IMG/VR virus record: IMGVR_UViG_3300025117_000072
Coordinates: 1 to 61,194 of that record
Length of the DNA stretch: 61,194 nucleotides
Direction: 5' to 3' (one strand)
Source of the DNA: a virus
Taxonomy: Duplodnaviria > Caudoviricetes
This document shows positions 1 through 8,520 of this stretch, piece by piece (within the stretch, counting starts at the first letter, position 1; every line of letters starts with the position of its first letter). Below the pieces are notes generated by a model. That model did no database searches, was not told where the DNA came from, and was given only the letters and a program-made list of their open reading frames with translations. The position numbers and the translations under genes were made by a program.

Positions 1-335
1 CACTGGGTAATGGCGTTGTACTGCCGCTGATTCAGAATTCCCACGGGATGGTCAAGGGAATTACTGTCCCGATAGTAGGCGTTCAGGATTCTCTTCGCCC
101 GTGCGCTCGATGCCGTTCCCCCTGTTCCCATCGTGTAGGATGCCGTTCCCCCGGCAAGCGCAAAACTCTCAGAAGTCGTGTAGGGGATCATGAGGTTTTC
201 GGTAGCCCACGATTTGACCATCCTGTTCAGCGCCCTCAACCCGTGCTGCATGTAATGAGCGGCAGGGGTTTCTTCCGGGTCGAACTTCCCGAGACCAATT
301 ACGGCATCCGTTATCAGTTCCCTTGTGGTGGTCAT
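1..335 (-). CDS. Head-tail adaptor (P22 gp4-like), N-terminal part; continues across the circular junction into 60694-61194
   Basis: ATG at 335 reads MTTTRELITDAVIGLGKFDPEETP...GLRALNRMVKSW...DHPVGILNQRQYNAITQ, in frame with ORF 60694..61110; lies immediately upstream of the gp10-like gene. Confidence 0.8.
   Translation of the reverse strand, partial: MTTTRELITDAVIGLGKFDPEETPAAHYMQHGLRALNRMVKSWATENLMIPYTTSESFALAGGTASYTMGTGGTASSARAKRILNAYYRDSNSLDHPVGILNQRQYNAITQ
3..128. repeat. 126-bp terminal direct repeat (copy 1); circular assembly overlap
   Basis: 3-128 is identical to 61069-61194. Confidence 0.97.
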
Positions 336-338
336 GAT

Positions 339-839
339 TTATCCCTGTGCTTTGAGTTCTTGCCTTTTGGCGCGAATTGCCAGAATCATTTGTTTCCGGG
401 TCCAGTCTTTGGGGAAGTCCAAACCAAGAGGCATTCCGGTCGCCCTGAGTTCGGCAAGGTTCCTGATTTCCAACTGCCGGGTGATCTTCGTGGGATCAAT
501 GGGAGTCTCAGGCTTGCGGAGAGTTTCGGCCAACTCTTCAGCCGTCATCTCCTTTTCCGGTTCCTTCTCGGTTTCCGGTTCACCCTGAAGGGTACAGTTC
601 CCGTCGATCCAGTAGGGGCAGCATTCGTGCTTCTCGGGGTCTTCTTCCTTCGGGGGTTCCACCTTCGGCACTTTTGCAGGAGAGTTGAACCACTCCCCGG
701 ATTTCAGCGCCTCTTCGTATTTTTCCCGATCGGTGAACAGGTCGCTGCCTCCAGCCCTGTAAAGCACGCTGGCAAAGGGTTTCACGTGGAACTCAGCTTC
801 TCCTACGGGACCGTTGATGAGTCTGTTTCTCGATGCCAT
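339..839 (-). CDS. Hypothetical virion/head-associated protein
   Basis: 166-aa ORF with RBS (AAGGAGGGG); in the late operon before the adaptor. Confidence 0.7.
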   Translation of the reverse strand: MASRNRLINGPVGEAEFHVKPFASVLYRAGGSDLFTDREKYEEALKSGEWFNSPAKVPKVEPPKEEDPEKHECCPYWIDGNCTLQGEPETEKEPEKEMTAEELAETLRKPETPIDPTKITRQLEIRNLAELRATGMPLGLDFPKDWTRKQMILAIRAKRQELKAQG

Positions 840-860
840 ATTTTCCCCTCCTTTATTTGG

Positions 861-1133
861 TTATCCTGCATCCGCCGCAGAATGAGCGAAGACTTCCCAG
901 TCTTCCGTTGCGTTGTTGTCGGCCACTTTGGTATAGACTTCCCCGCGCCCGAAGTAGACCGACCCTACCCCCGGCTTTGTGGTTGTTTCGGCCCTCACGG
1001 TGTCCCTGGTGCTTTTGGTGCCGAAGAAGAAGTATACGGGCTTGCCTGTTGCATCGACCTGTCCTGTTTCCAGGGCTTTCAGGCCGACATCCCATTCCAA
1101 AGGACTGAATCTCAAATTCATCATTCCTGCCAT
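861..1133 (-). CDS. Small putative capsid decoration protein
   Basis: GGAGGT RBS; N-terminus NLRFSPLEWD shared with 1247..1942 and 6878..8395. Confidence 0.7.
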   Translation of the reverse strand: MAGMMNLRFSPLEWDVGLKALETGQVDATGKPVYFFFGTKSTRDTVRAETTTKPGVGSVYFGRGEVYTKVADNNATEDWEVFAHSAADAG

Positions 1134-1150
1134 TGTCATTACCTCCAAAT

Positions 1151-1173
1151 AAAAAAGCCGCCTACAGGCAGCT
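1151..1173 (-). terminator. Rho-independent terminator
   Basis: AGCTGCCTGTAGGCGGCT hairpin followed by T-run on minus strand. Confidence 0.6.
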
Positions 1174-1246
1174 AAGATTTACGGTGGGAAGGGCCGGGGA
1201 GGGGGTCCAGGCCCGTTTCGGCTTTAGCAGCCTATCCCACGCTTTA

Positions 1247-1942
1247 TCAAGCATCCGTGATGTAGAGGATTTTTATCTGAAAAGATCCAAGATCAGCCAG
1301 TGCGCTTATATCGTAGAATGACAAACCTCCAGTAAAGGTCGGTATCTCTATTGTCAGGTATTTCTCCCCCCCACCACCAGTAGAAATCCCAATGCCGCAT
1401 GAAAGCCCCAGATCACTGGTATCGTTCATTGTTATCCAGCCAATCCCGAAAATGGGATTCCCGCTTAAAATGGTCGGAGATATACTCAAAACTTCCCCTG
1501 GAGCGTTGAGGCTGAATCCACCATAATAAACATTGTCTTTTGCGATGTTATCAACGTTTTCAGTGCTGTCCCCGTTCCAAACGTTATATAAGCGGCATTC
1601 TATTGTATTGGCACCCGTACCGTCATTTACGGCTATGCGAGAACATCTTAGGACCGTACCAAGCGAGCCATCTCCAAGAATCCCATTGGAATGACTGACA
1701 AGCTCCCAATCGCTGGAAATCCCGTTATCGGCTGTCTTGATATATTCCTTTCCTCCAGATGAAAAATACTTTGACCCTATTCCGGGCGTATCGCCTACCT
1801 CATTCAAAACGGTCGCAGATGTGATCTGATTCCCTATCATCCAGCAGAGGGGTTTTCCATTCACATCGGTTGTGCCTTCAAATTCGTACCTTTTTCTAAG
1901 AGGATTCCATTCAATAGGACTGTTTCTTATGTTCATCCCCAT
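1247..1942 (-). CDS. Putative capsid decoration protein (two-domain)
   Basis: N-terminal domain paralogous to 861..1133; C-terminal domain paralogous to 58650..59306. Confidence 0.7.
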   Translation of the reverse strand: MGMNIRNSPIEWNPLRKRYEFEGTTDVNGKPLCWMIGNQITSATVLNEVGDTPGIGSKYFSSGGKEYIKTADNGISSDWELVSHSNGILGDGSLGTVLRCSRIAVNDGTGANTIECRLYNVWNGDSTENVDNIAKDNVYYGGFSLNAPGEVLSISPTILSGNPIFGIGWITMNDTSDLGLSCGIGISTGGGGEKYLTIEIPTFTGGLSFYDISALADLGSFQIKILYITDA

Positions 1943-1966
1943 GGCTTGATATATCCTTTTTACTGT

Positions 1967-3520
1967 CTATTGTTCGCTTTGGTTGTGCTTCGTGTCGAAC
2001 TCCCTCAACGCCGCTTCAAGGTCTCCTTCTGCCCCGATCCAATTCCAGAAAGACACGAAGTCTTCCTTCGCATTTTCAAGATCAAAGTCTTTCGCATGGG
2101 CTTTGCCCTTCAGAAAAAGGGCAATGTTGGCATCTACCGTGTCGATATAGTCCCAGCATACCTCCAGGTCGCCCGGCCTCTTCCCGCCCATCAGAATTGT
2201 GTTGCGATATGCGCCGATGATCCCCTGGCCCATCCGTTTGGTGAAACTCTGGGCCGTTGTCTCAGGATCGCGTCTCAGGTGGACGTAAAGGGCATCATCG
2301 CCGTATTTCCTATCCAGCCTCCCCAAGAACCAAGAAAGCCTGTTGTCGGCCTCGATATGGCCCAAGGGGTAATTTAGTCTTTCCGGCCCCACAAGCCCCG
2401 ATCTCGTTTCGTGCCCTGCCGTATAGTTCGTTATGTGCTTGCAGGCTTCGATGAATGTCGTGGACCCGCAGCGGCCGGAATTCAGGATGAAGACGTTCGT
2501 TCTATTCGGAGATATACACCTAGGACGATGAACAATCGTTTTGTTGTCCTTGGTGATCTCTATTACAGGTTTCGGAAATCTCTTCTCCACCTTCCGATAC
2601 ACGAAATCCGCAAACCGCTCTGCCGAATACCTAGCAATGACTTCCAGGCCCCGGTCAGCCATGTCTTGATAGAACGCGGGTTCATTCAGGAAAGCCTTCA
2701 CCTCTGCTTCCAGGTTCGCCTTCCTCACATAGATACAGGCTTCATGGTCCTTGAACCCGGCTTCTTCCCATTCCTTCTGGTATTGCAGAAAGGCCACGCA
2801 CCCGGCAGCATGAATCTCCGAGTATTTCGGGACTGGACACAGGGCACCCGTGAAGGCCCCGGCATAACCCGAAAGCCACTTGATGTATTCCTCTCCGCAT
2901 GGAGCAGCGCCTTTTCCTGCTAAAACATGGGGCACATACTTGATGTAAGGTTGCCTGAATCCCCATCCCCGAAAGTCGTAAGACCCCCTGTAAGAATCGG
3001 GGGCATACGCCCCGTTCCCCACAACTGCCGCTTCCCTTTGGGTAAGAGAGGGAACGGTTTCCGGCATCTTCGGCGCGTGAGGATGATACAAGGTCATCTT
3101 CTCGATGTTGTCAAACCGGTGCTCGAAAAGCTCAAAGAACAGGTACTTCGTCGCGGTAATGATGTAGTCTATTCCGCGCTCTTTTGTGCGGATTGCCCGT
3201 TGTTCCTGGCCGAGCTTGTGAACCTCCACCCCCGTTCGCTCAAACCGCCCGTGGACTTCCTCCTGGTGGACATCGTTCCACAGTTCCATCTTGACGGCCC
3301 GATGCTTCGCCAGCCCGTCTATCGTGACGTGATGGGAAGCGTGCGGGTCGAAAAAGAAAATCAGGTCCGCGTCGATGTCCTCTGCGGAACAGTTCTCGGT
3401 TACGAGTTGGACTTCCTCAAACCGGGCTTTCAGGGCTTCGAATTCATCCTTGAAAATCGAGGTATATGCCTTCGGATGCAACTTGTTGTCATTGAGACTG
3501 TAGACCAGACAGAGTTTCAT
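1967..3520 (-). CDS. Glycosyltransferase (GT-B/CgeB-like) fused to C-terminal sulfotransferase-like P-loop domain
   Basis: KYSEIHAAGC...MADRGLEVIARYS GT-B tail; VFILNSGRCGSTTF PAPS-binding-like motif; YVHLRRDP. Confidence 0.7.
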   Translation of the reverse strand: MKLCLVYSLNDNKLHPKAYTSIFKDEFEALKARFEEVQLVTENCSAEDIDADLIFFFDPHASHHVTIDGLAKHRAVKMELWNDVHQEEVHGRFERTGVEVHKLGQEQRAIRTKERGIDYIITATKYLFFELFEHRFDNIEKMTLYHPHAPKMPETVPSLTQREAAVVGNGAYAPDSYRGSYDFRGWGFRQPYIKYVPHVLAGKGAAPCGEEYIKWLSGYAGAFTGALCPVPKYSEIHAAGCVAFLQYQKEWEEAGFKDHEACIYVRKANLEAEVKAFLNEPAFYQDMADRGLEVIARYSAERFADFVYRKVEKRFPKPVIEITKDNKTIVHRPRCISPNRTNVFILNSGRCGSTTFIEACKHITNYTAGHETRSGLVGPERLNYPLGHIEADNRLSWFLGRLDRKYGDDALYVHLRRDPETTAQSFTKRMGQGIIGAYRNTILMGGKRPGDLEVCWDYIDTVDANIALFLKGKAHAKDFDLENAKEDFVSFWNWIGAEGDLEAALREFDTKHNQSEQ

Positions 3521-4178
3521 AATCTCCCCCTCCTACGTTGAACAGGTAATCAATGGCCGAAAGGTTCGGCACAAAATCCCCCCATAGCTGCGGATAGACT
3601 GGATGCCTGAAGTCCGAATAGACCACCCTGATTCCGGCCTTTTCGAAAAGGCTCTCATCCATGTAAGCCTTCCCGGTCGGCCCGGACAGGTACTCGTCGG
3701 CCCCTACTTCCTGGCATATCCTGACAAGGCGTTCTGTCGATGTTGCACCCACTTCTAGGCTGGATGCCTCTATGGTAGGCGTTCGGATGTCCATCTCCAT
3801 TGCCAGCCAAGTCAGAAGGGCAATGTTCATCTCGGAAAGCCGCGTCCATTTCCGTTTCATGATCTCAGACAAGAACTGAAAGCATGGGTCGAAGTAGACC
3901 GCCCTGGCGTAGCTTCTTTGGATAGCCCCAAGAATCTTGTCCCGCCAGTTCCCTTCCGCAATCGACACGTCCTCGATGGTCTGCCGCCCCTTGCCCTTCT
4001 GTACTACCGGCACGGTCAGCCATTGCACCCCTTGAGGCGTCTTTATCCGGTTGCGGTTGATGAAGCGGTTCTTGGCAAACTGCGCGTCATCCAAGAAAAC
4101 GAACAGGTCACAGTTTCGCCATTTGTGGAAGAACCCCAAAAACGGCATGAAGTTCGGCTGATGAATGGCTACCCGCAT
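3489..4178 (-). CDS. wbqC: WbqC-like protein
   Basis: IHQPNFMPFLGFF, DDAQF, NRNRI, YLSGPTG, LSAIDYLFN signature motifs. Confidence 0.92.
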   Translation of the reverse strand: MRVAIHQPNFMPFLGFFHKWRNCDLFVFLDDAQFAKNRFINRNRIKTPQGVQWLTVPVVQKGKGRQTIEDVSIAEGNWRDKILGAIQRSYARAVYFDPCFQFLSEIMKRKWTRLSEMNIALLTWLAMEMDIRTPTIEASSLEVGATSTERLVRICQEVGADEYLSGPTGKAYMDESLFEKAGIRVVYSDFRHPVYPQLWGDFVPNLSAIDYLFNVGGGDYETLSGLQSQ

Positions 4179-4181
4179 GAC

Positions 4182-4766
4182 TCACCTGTATAGAAAAACC
4201 GTGAAGTCGTTTTCCCGATAGGAACAGTCAACCACCATCTTGCGCGTGATCTGCGAAAGCATACTCATCATGCCGGAAGGATGCACATAGGCCGCTTCGG
4301 GATTCTCGCACTTTCCGAAGATGCTCAGAAAGTTCACCCCTATGCCGATGCCGCACAGGTCGAACATCTTGTTGACAACCCGAAAGACGTTCTCCTGCCA
4401 GTCGTCTCTTTTCAGGGAGAAGATGCCGGAAGCGAAAACATAGTCAAATGTGGTGGACCCGGCATGGTAACAGCTCATGAAGTCGCCCACGCAGAACGAG
4501 GCTTCCGGGTAGCGCATCATGGCCTCTTCGACAAACTCAGGCATCATATCAACGCCTACATATCGGAGAATGCGTACCCTCTGTTTGAGATAGCCGTAGA
4601 AATCCCCGAACCCACAGCCCACATCCAAAACCTTGCGGTCGGTTAGATTCCCGATTTTCGTCAGGGCTTCAAACCGCTGTTCCTGTGACTTTTCATTCCA
4701 CCCCAGGGCTTCAACGCTTACCCTGTGCTTTTCAAAGAGCCCCTTGAAATACTCCTTCGTGTTCAT
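4182..4766 (-). CDS. Class I SAM-dependent methyltransferase
   Basis: VLDVGCGFG motif I; FDYVFASGIF. Confidence 0.9.
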   Translation of the reverse strand: MNTKEYFKGLFEKHRVSVEALGWNEKSQEQRFEALTKIGNLTDRKVLDVGCGFGDFYGYLKQRVRILRYVGVDMMPEFVEEAMMRYPEASFCVGDFMSCYHAGSTTFDYVFASGIFSLKRDDWQENVFRVVNKMFDLCGIGIGVNFLSIFGKCENPEAAYVHPSGMMSMLSQITRKMVVDCSYRENDFTVFLYR

Positions 4767-4775
4767 AATCCCCCC

Positions 4776-5375
4776 TCACTTTACGATTTGCCTCACCACG
4801 TTGAACAGTTCCGCATACCTGACTCCAGCCTGTACTCCACGCACCCGCGCAAGGCCCATGACGTATTCGGAATCCATGTAGGGCTTCCCCGCCTGAGACT
4901 CGTAGCACCGCATGGCCTCGATTTTCTTCTCAAGGTGCCTCTCTTCTATCTGCACGAACATTTGAGCGTCGAAATTAAGGTTGTTCCAGGATGCCTCATA
5001 CCCGATCAGGTTTTTACCCTTGAACGCCCGCAGACCTTCCATCGCTATCACCTGATGGTCCTGGTGAATGTCGTCAAGGGAAGGCTGAACCACAAGGTCA
5101 GGATTCAGGCGGTCCCTTGTCTCGATCATCTTGTCAAGGATCTGCTGCCGGAATCTTGGGAAGTCCCTTATGGGAACATCGAAACAGAAGGCTCGTTTTA
5201 CGCCCAGGATTTTCAGGGATGACAGCAATTCCGACTTGCGAACATCGTCCTTCCCGAAGACCAGAAAGTAGACAGAAGCGCCGTTTTCCACCAGCCGCGC
5301 AATCGTGCCGCCGCAACCTATTTCCGCATCGTCAGGGTGTGGCGCAAGGATGAAGACGGTTTTGGAATTCAGCAT
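4776..5375 (-). CDS. PIG-L/LmbE family deacetylase
   Basis: APHPDDAEIGCGG, HQDH, YESQ motifs. Confidence 0.92.
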   Translation of the reverse strand: MLNSKTVFILAPHPDDAEIGCGGTIARLVENGASVYFLVFGKDDVRKSELLSSLKILGVKRAFCFDVPIRDFPRFRQQILDKMIETRDRLNPDLVVQPSLDDIHQDHQVIAMEGLRAFKGKNLIGYEASWNNLNFDAQMFVQIEERHLEKKIEAMRCYESQAGKPYMDSEYVMGLARVRGVQAGVRYAELFNVVRQIVK

Positions 5376-6844
5376 GGCCGCTCCAGAATCACCGTGTCAG
5401 CGTTTCGGGTAAGTTCCTTCCAACCCCTGAAATACTTGTCAATCCATTGCAAGTCTTCCGGTCGGCCCGCATCGTGGCAAGCCACAATCGGAACCTTGCT
5501 TTCAAAGACCGATCGATATGCCGCTTCCCGATTCTTCCCGCCATGAGGTCCGTCGATGAAAGCCATATCACCCGAAACAGACACCGTTTCGTGTCCTTCC
5601 CACAGCCTGAAAGTTCCCCCTGGAACCTTCCGCTTCATTTGCTCAAGCCATGCCTCATGGGTCTCATAGGAGACAACCCTGCATCCGCATTGACTGAAGA
5701 GTTCCGTCGAAATACCGGCACCGAACTCCGTCACGTTCCGTATTCCGTGCTCTTGGATAAAGTCTTTCAGGAGATCCCAGTCGGCCTTTGTGATGGACAT
5801 GTCGTTCCACTTCGGCTCTTTCGCGCTCCCGAGTACCTTTTCACACAGCGCCTTGATAGCCAAAGCCGCCGTCTTATTATCAAAGAGCTTCAGGGCTCGC
5901 TCTCTCAACTGAGCCTTGCTTTCAGGAGTGATGCTTTCGTAACAACGATTGATCGCAAGGGCAAACGCCTTGTAATCCCTTGGCTCCGCAGTGTAGTCGG
6001 TGTACCTGCATCCTATTGGTGCCACACAGGGCAACCCGGATGCCATGGACTCCCGTATAATCCGAGTGGCAATGACGTTCGGGGTCAGAAGAATATCTGC
6101 GCTCCGGTAAACATCCGCAAGATTGCCGACCACCCCGCTTACCTGACCGACCACCCCTTTCCTCTGAAGGGGAGCGAGAAACTTGAACTGCTTCCCCTTT
6201 TTGACGTTCGACGCCCCAAAGACATGAAGCCTTGCGTCAGGCCGATACCGCTCCTTGAAATACTGAGCGGCGAAGATCAGGTTGAACGGGATGTTGTCTT
6301 CCCGCCACATATCGCAGCAAACGAGATTCAACCCCGCCTTGAATTCCCCGAAGTCGTGTTTCTTTCCTTCAGGGGTGTACTCACCGAAACTCACGGGAGC
6401 GGGCACACAGTAAACTTCCTTCCCGGTAATCCATTTCCAGTAGAAAACGAACTCCGGCCAGAAGGTGAAGAAGGCCGCATGGCTCCCGTTCCGTGCGGCC
6501 TTCATGACGGATGAAATCACAGGGGAGATATCGTACTGCTCCAGCCTGAAGGAATTCTCCGGCCTTCCATGTAGGGCCAGAATGACCGGCTTTGCCTTAT
6601 AGACCGAATCGGGAACGGACGTATGCCGTACAACAACATCCGCATTTTCCAAAGCCCAGGAGAGAGGGGAGGTCTTCAGTTCCCCGTCAACCAACCCCTC
6701 TCTAACGGTCCCCAGGTTGTCCGTTCCGCAATCTATGAATTCCGCCTCTATGCCCTCTGCGCGTTCCGCAAAGATCAAATCCTTCACGGTTTCATACATG
6801 CCCGCCGCATGAGGCGAAAATCTACAGAAGTGAGCAATACGCAC
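5369..6844 (-). CDS. GT4-like glycosyltransferase fused to C-terminal methyltransferase-like domain
   Basis: YRSADILL...ESMASGLPCV GT-B motif; VTEFGAGIST...AFIDGP...HD methyltransferase motifs. Confidence 0.82.
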   Translation of the reverse strand: MRIAHFCRFSPHAAGMYETVKDLIFAERAEGIEAEFIDCGTDNLGTVREGLVDGELKTSPLSWALENADVVVRHTSVPDSVYKAKPVILALHGRPENSFRLEQYDISPVISSVMKAARNGSHAAFFTFWPEFVFYWKWITGKEVYCVPAPVSFGEYTPEGKKHDFGEFKAGLNLVCCDMWREDNIPFNLIFAAQYFKERYRPDARLHVFGASNVKKGKQFKFLAPLQRKGVVGQVSGVVGNLADVYRSADILLTPNVIATRIIRESMASGLPCVAPIGCRYTDYTAEPRDYKAFALAINRCYESITPESKAQLRERALKLFDNKTAALAIKALCEKVLGSAKEPKWNDMSITKADWDLLKDFIQEHGIRNVTEFGAGISTELFSQCGCRVVSYETHEAWLEQMKRKVPGGTFRLWEGHETVSVSGDMAFIDGPHGGKNREAAYRSVFESKVPIVACHDAGRPEDLQWIDKYFRGWKELTRNADTVILERPC

Positions 6845-6877
6845 TGCATCCCCCCTCAGCCTGTTAAGCGTTTAAGA

Positions 6878-8395
6878 TCACGGGTTATCTGATGTGTACT
6901 TGACCACGAAATCCGAAAGGCTCGTTTCAAAAGCCGCCCATGTGGTCCCGGTGAAAACCAGAAGATCCGAAGCAAGGGCCACAACCCTGGCGTTCACTGA
7001 CACCAAGTCCGATGCAATCGTGTCGATGATTGCGTTGGTTACGATCAGGTCAGAATTAATGACCTTCACATCTGACATGACCACCACAAGGTCAGAGGCG
7101 ATTGCAATGGTGTCCGTCTCGATTGCGTGAACGTCGCTTCCGATGTCTGAGAGTCTCGTTTCGATGACTGTCAGGTCACTCTCAAGATCGGAAATTGTGG
7201 CAACCATGAGGACCAAATCGCTCTGGATGGTCTTCACGTCCGACTGCGTGACAACGAGATCCGAAGCGATGGTTGTAGCCTTCGTCTCGATCACGGTCAG
7301 GTCGCTCTGAATGTCGGAGGTCAAAAGGGCAAAATCAGATACCGCAGTGGTCAGATCCGATGCCTGAATCGTGAGATCGGAAACCAGAATTGTCAGGTCC
7401 GATACGTGATCGGCAAGATCGGAAATCTGTGTGTCCATGTTGGCAAGGTCTGAGATGACCACCTTCACGTCCGACTGAACCACTACGAGATCAGATGCCA
7501 CTACCGAAAGGTCGTCCTTGGCAACGGTCAGATTGTCCCCGCCGCTGAACCAGCATCCGGCAGAACCGTCAAAACCGTTCACCGCCCACTGGCTCGTTCC
7601 AATCGTGTCAACCACGTTCTTGGTAAGGTTCGTGGTCCCTTCGTTGTAGAAGAAACCCTTCACCCGAATTCCCGTGCAGGCCGTGGTAATGAAATTCACA
7701 ACCGCCGTGCTTGCGATACCAAAAAAGTTCACCTCGATGTCGCCTTCATTGGTCCCGTTCAACTGAATCGGGGCAACGCAGGCATTCCCTGTCGCGGCAT
7801 CGCCCTCGTACTTCAGGCGAATCTTGATCCGGTCGGCCCCGGTCCCGCCCAGGATACACCTTGCCGCTTCCACGTTGGCCGGGTCTCTCCAGGTGATGTC
7901 CAGGGTGCAGTCGGCTCCAGTGACAGAGAAAGCCTTGGTCAGCCCATCATCCCCGCACACTCCGAGGATGTTGAAAATTCCCACGCTGGCCGCACTGACA
8001 AGCACATAAGCCGAATTATCAGCGCTGTTGAAGGTCAGGGTAGGCCGCGCCGCGCCTTCCCCGATGCCGATCAGTTTCACACCGGCAACATCGAAGGTAA
8101 TCGCTGCCGCAGTGGTCACATTCTCCGCGTGTCCCGGCATGACAACGATCAGGTCTCCGTTGTTCGCCGTGCATCTCCCTATGGCCCAATCAATGGACTG
8201 AAGGGGTTTCGACGGAGACCGGCCCCAATCGCCGGAACCGTTGAAAGACTGAGTGTTCCCATTGTCCACGTAGAAAACATTGCCGGTGGTAGTCAGGGCT
8301 TCCAGTAAAAGACCTGTCGCCCCGTATCCGCCGAAGTTATAGACCTTCAGCTTCTCATCCCATTCGAGGGGACTGTATCTCAAATTTTGTCCCAT
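6878..8395 (-). CDS. Head fibre-like protein: N-terminal anchor, beta-rich domain, long SDL-heptad coiled coil
   Basis: Directly follows coat gene; NVFYVDN...KPLQSIDWAI...GDLIVVMPGH; C-terminal third has (I/V)xSD(L/V) heptads. Confidence 0.7.
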   Translation of the reverse strand: MGQNLRYSPLEWDEKLKVYNFGGYGATGLLLEALTTTGNVFYVDNGNTQSFNGSGDWGRSPSKPLQSIDWAIGRCTANNGDLIVVMPGHAENVTTAAAITFDVAGVKLIGIGEGAARPTLTFNSADNSAYVLVSAASVGIFNILGVCGDDGLTKAFSVTGADCTLDITWRDPANVEAARCILGGTGADRIKIRLKYEGDAATGNACVAPIQLNGTNEGDIEVNFFGIASTAVVNFITTACTGIRVKGFFYNEGTTNLTKNVVDTIGTSQWAVNGFDGSAGCWFSGGDNLTVAKDDLSVVASDLVVVQSDVKVVISDLANMDTQISDLADHVSDLTILVSDLTIQASDLTTAVSDFALLTSDIQSDLTVIETKATTIASDLVVTQSDVKTIQSDLVLMVATISDLESDLTVIETRLSDIGSDVHAIETDTIAIASDLVVVMSDVKVINSDLIVTNAIIDTIASDLVSVNARVVALASDLLVFTGTTWAAFETSLSDFVVKYTSDNP

Positions 8396-8520
8396 TTCCT
8401 TTCTCCTTTTGTTGTCGGCCTTGGCAAAGAGCAATGGCAGCCTTGTGCCGCTTTGAGACTGACATCGCTATGGACATTCCTCCCCCTCATGAGGAATATC
8501 GGAGTGTGGTTAACGGGTTG

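Noticed and set aside
3-128. Biological direct terminal repeat (T7-like)
   Set aside because: It falls mid-gene and its length is close to a common assembler k-mer, so an assembly overlap is more likely.
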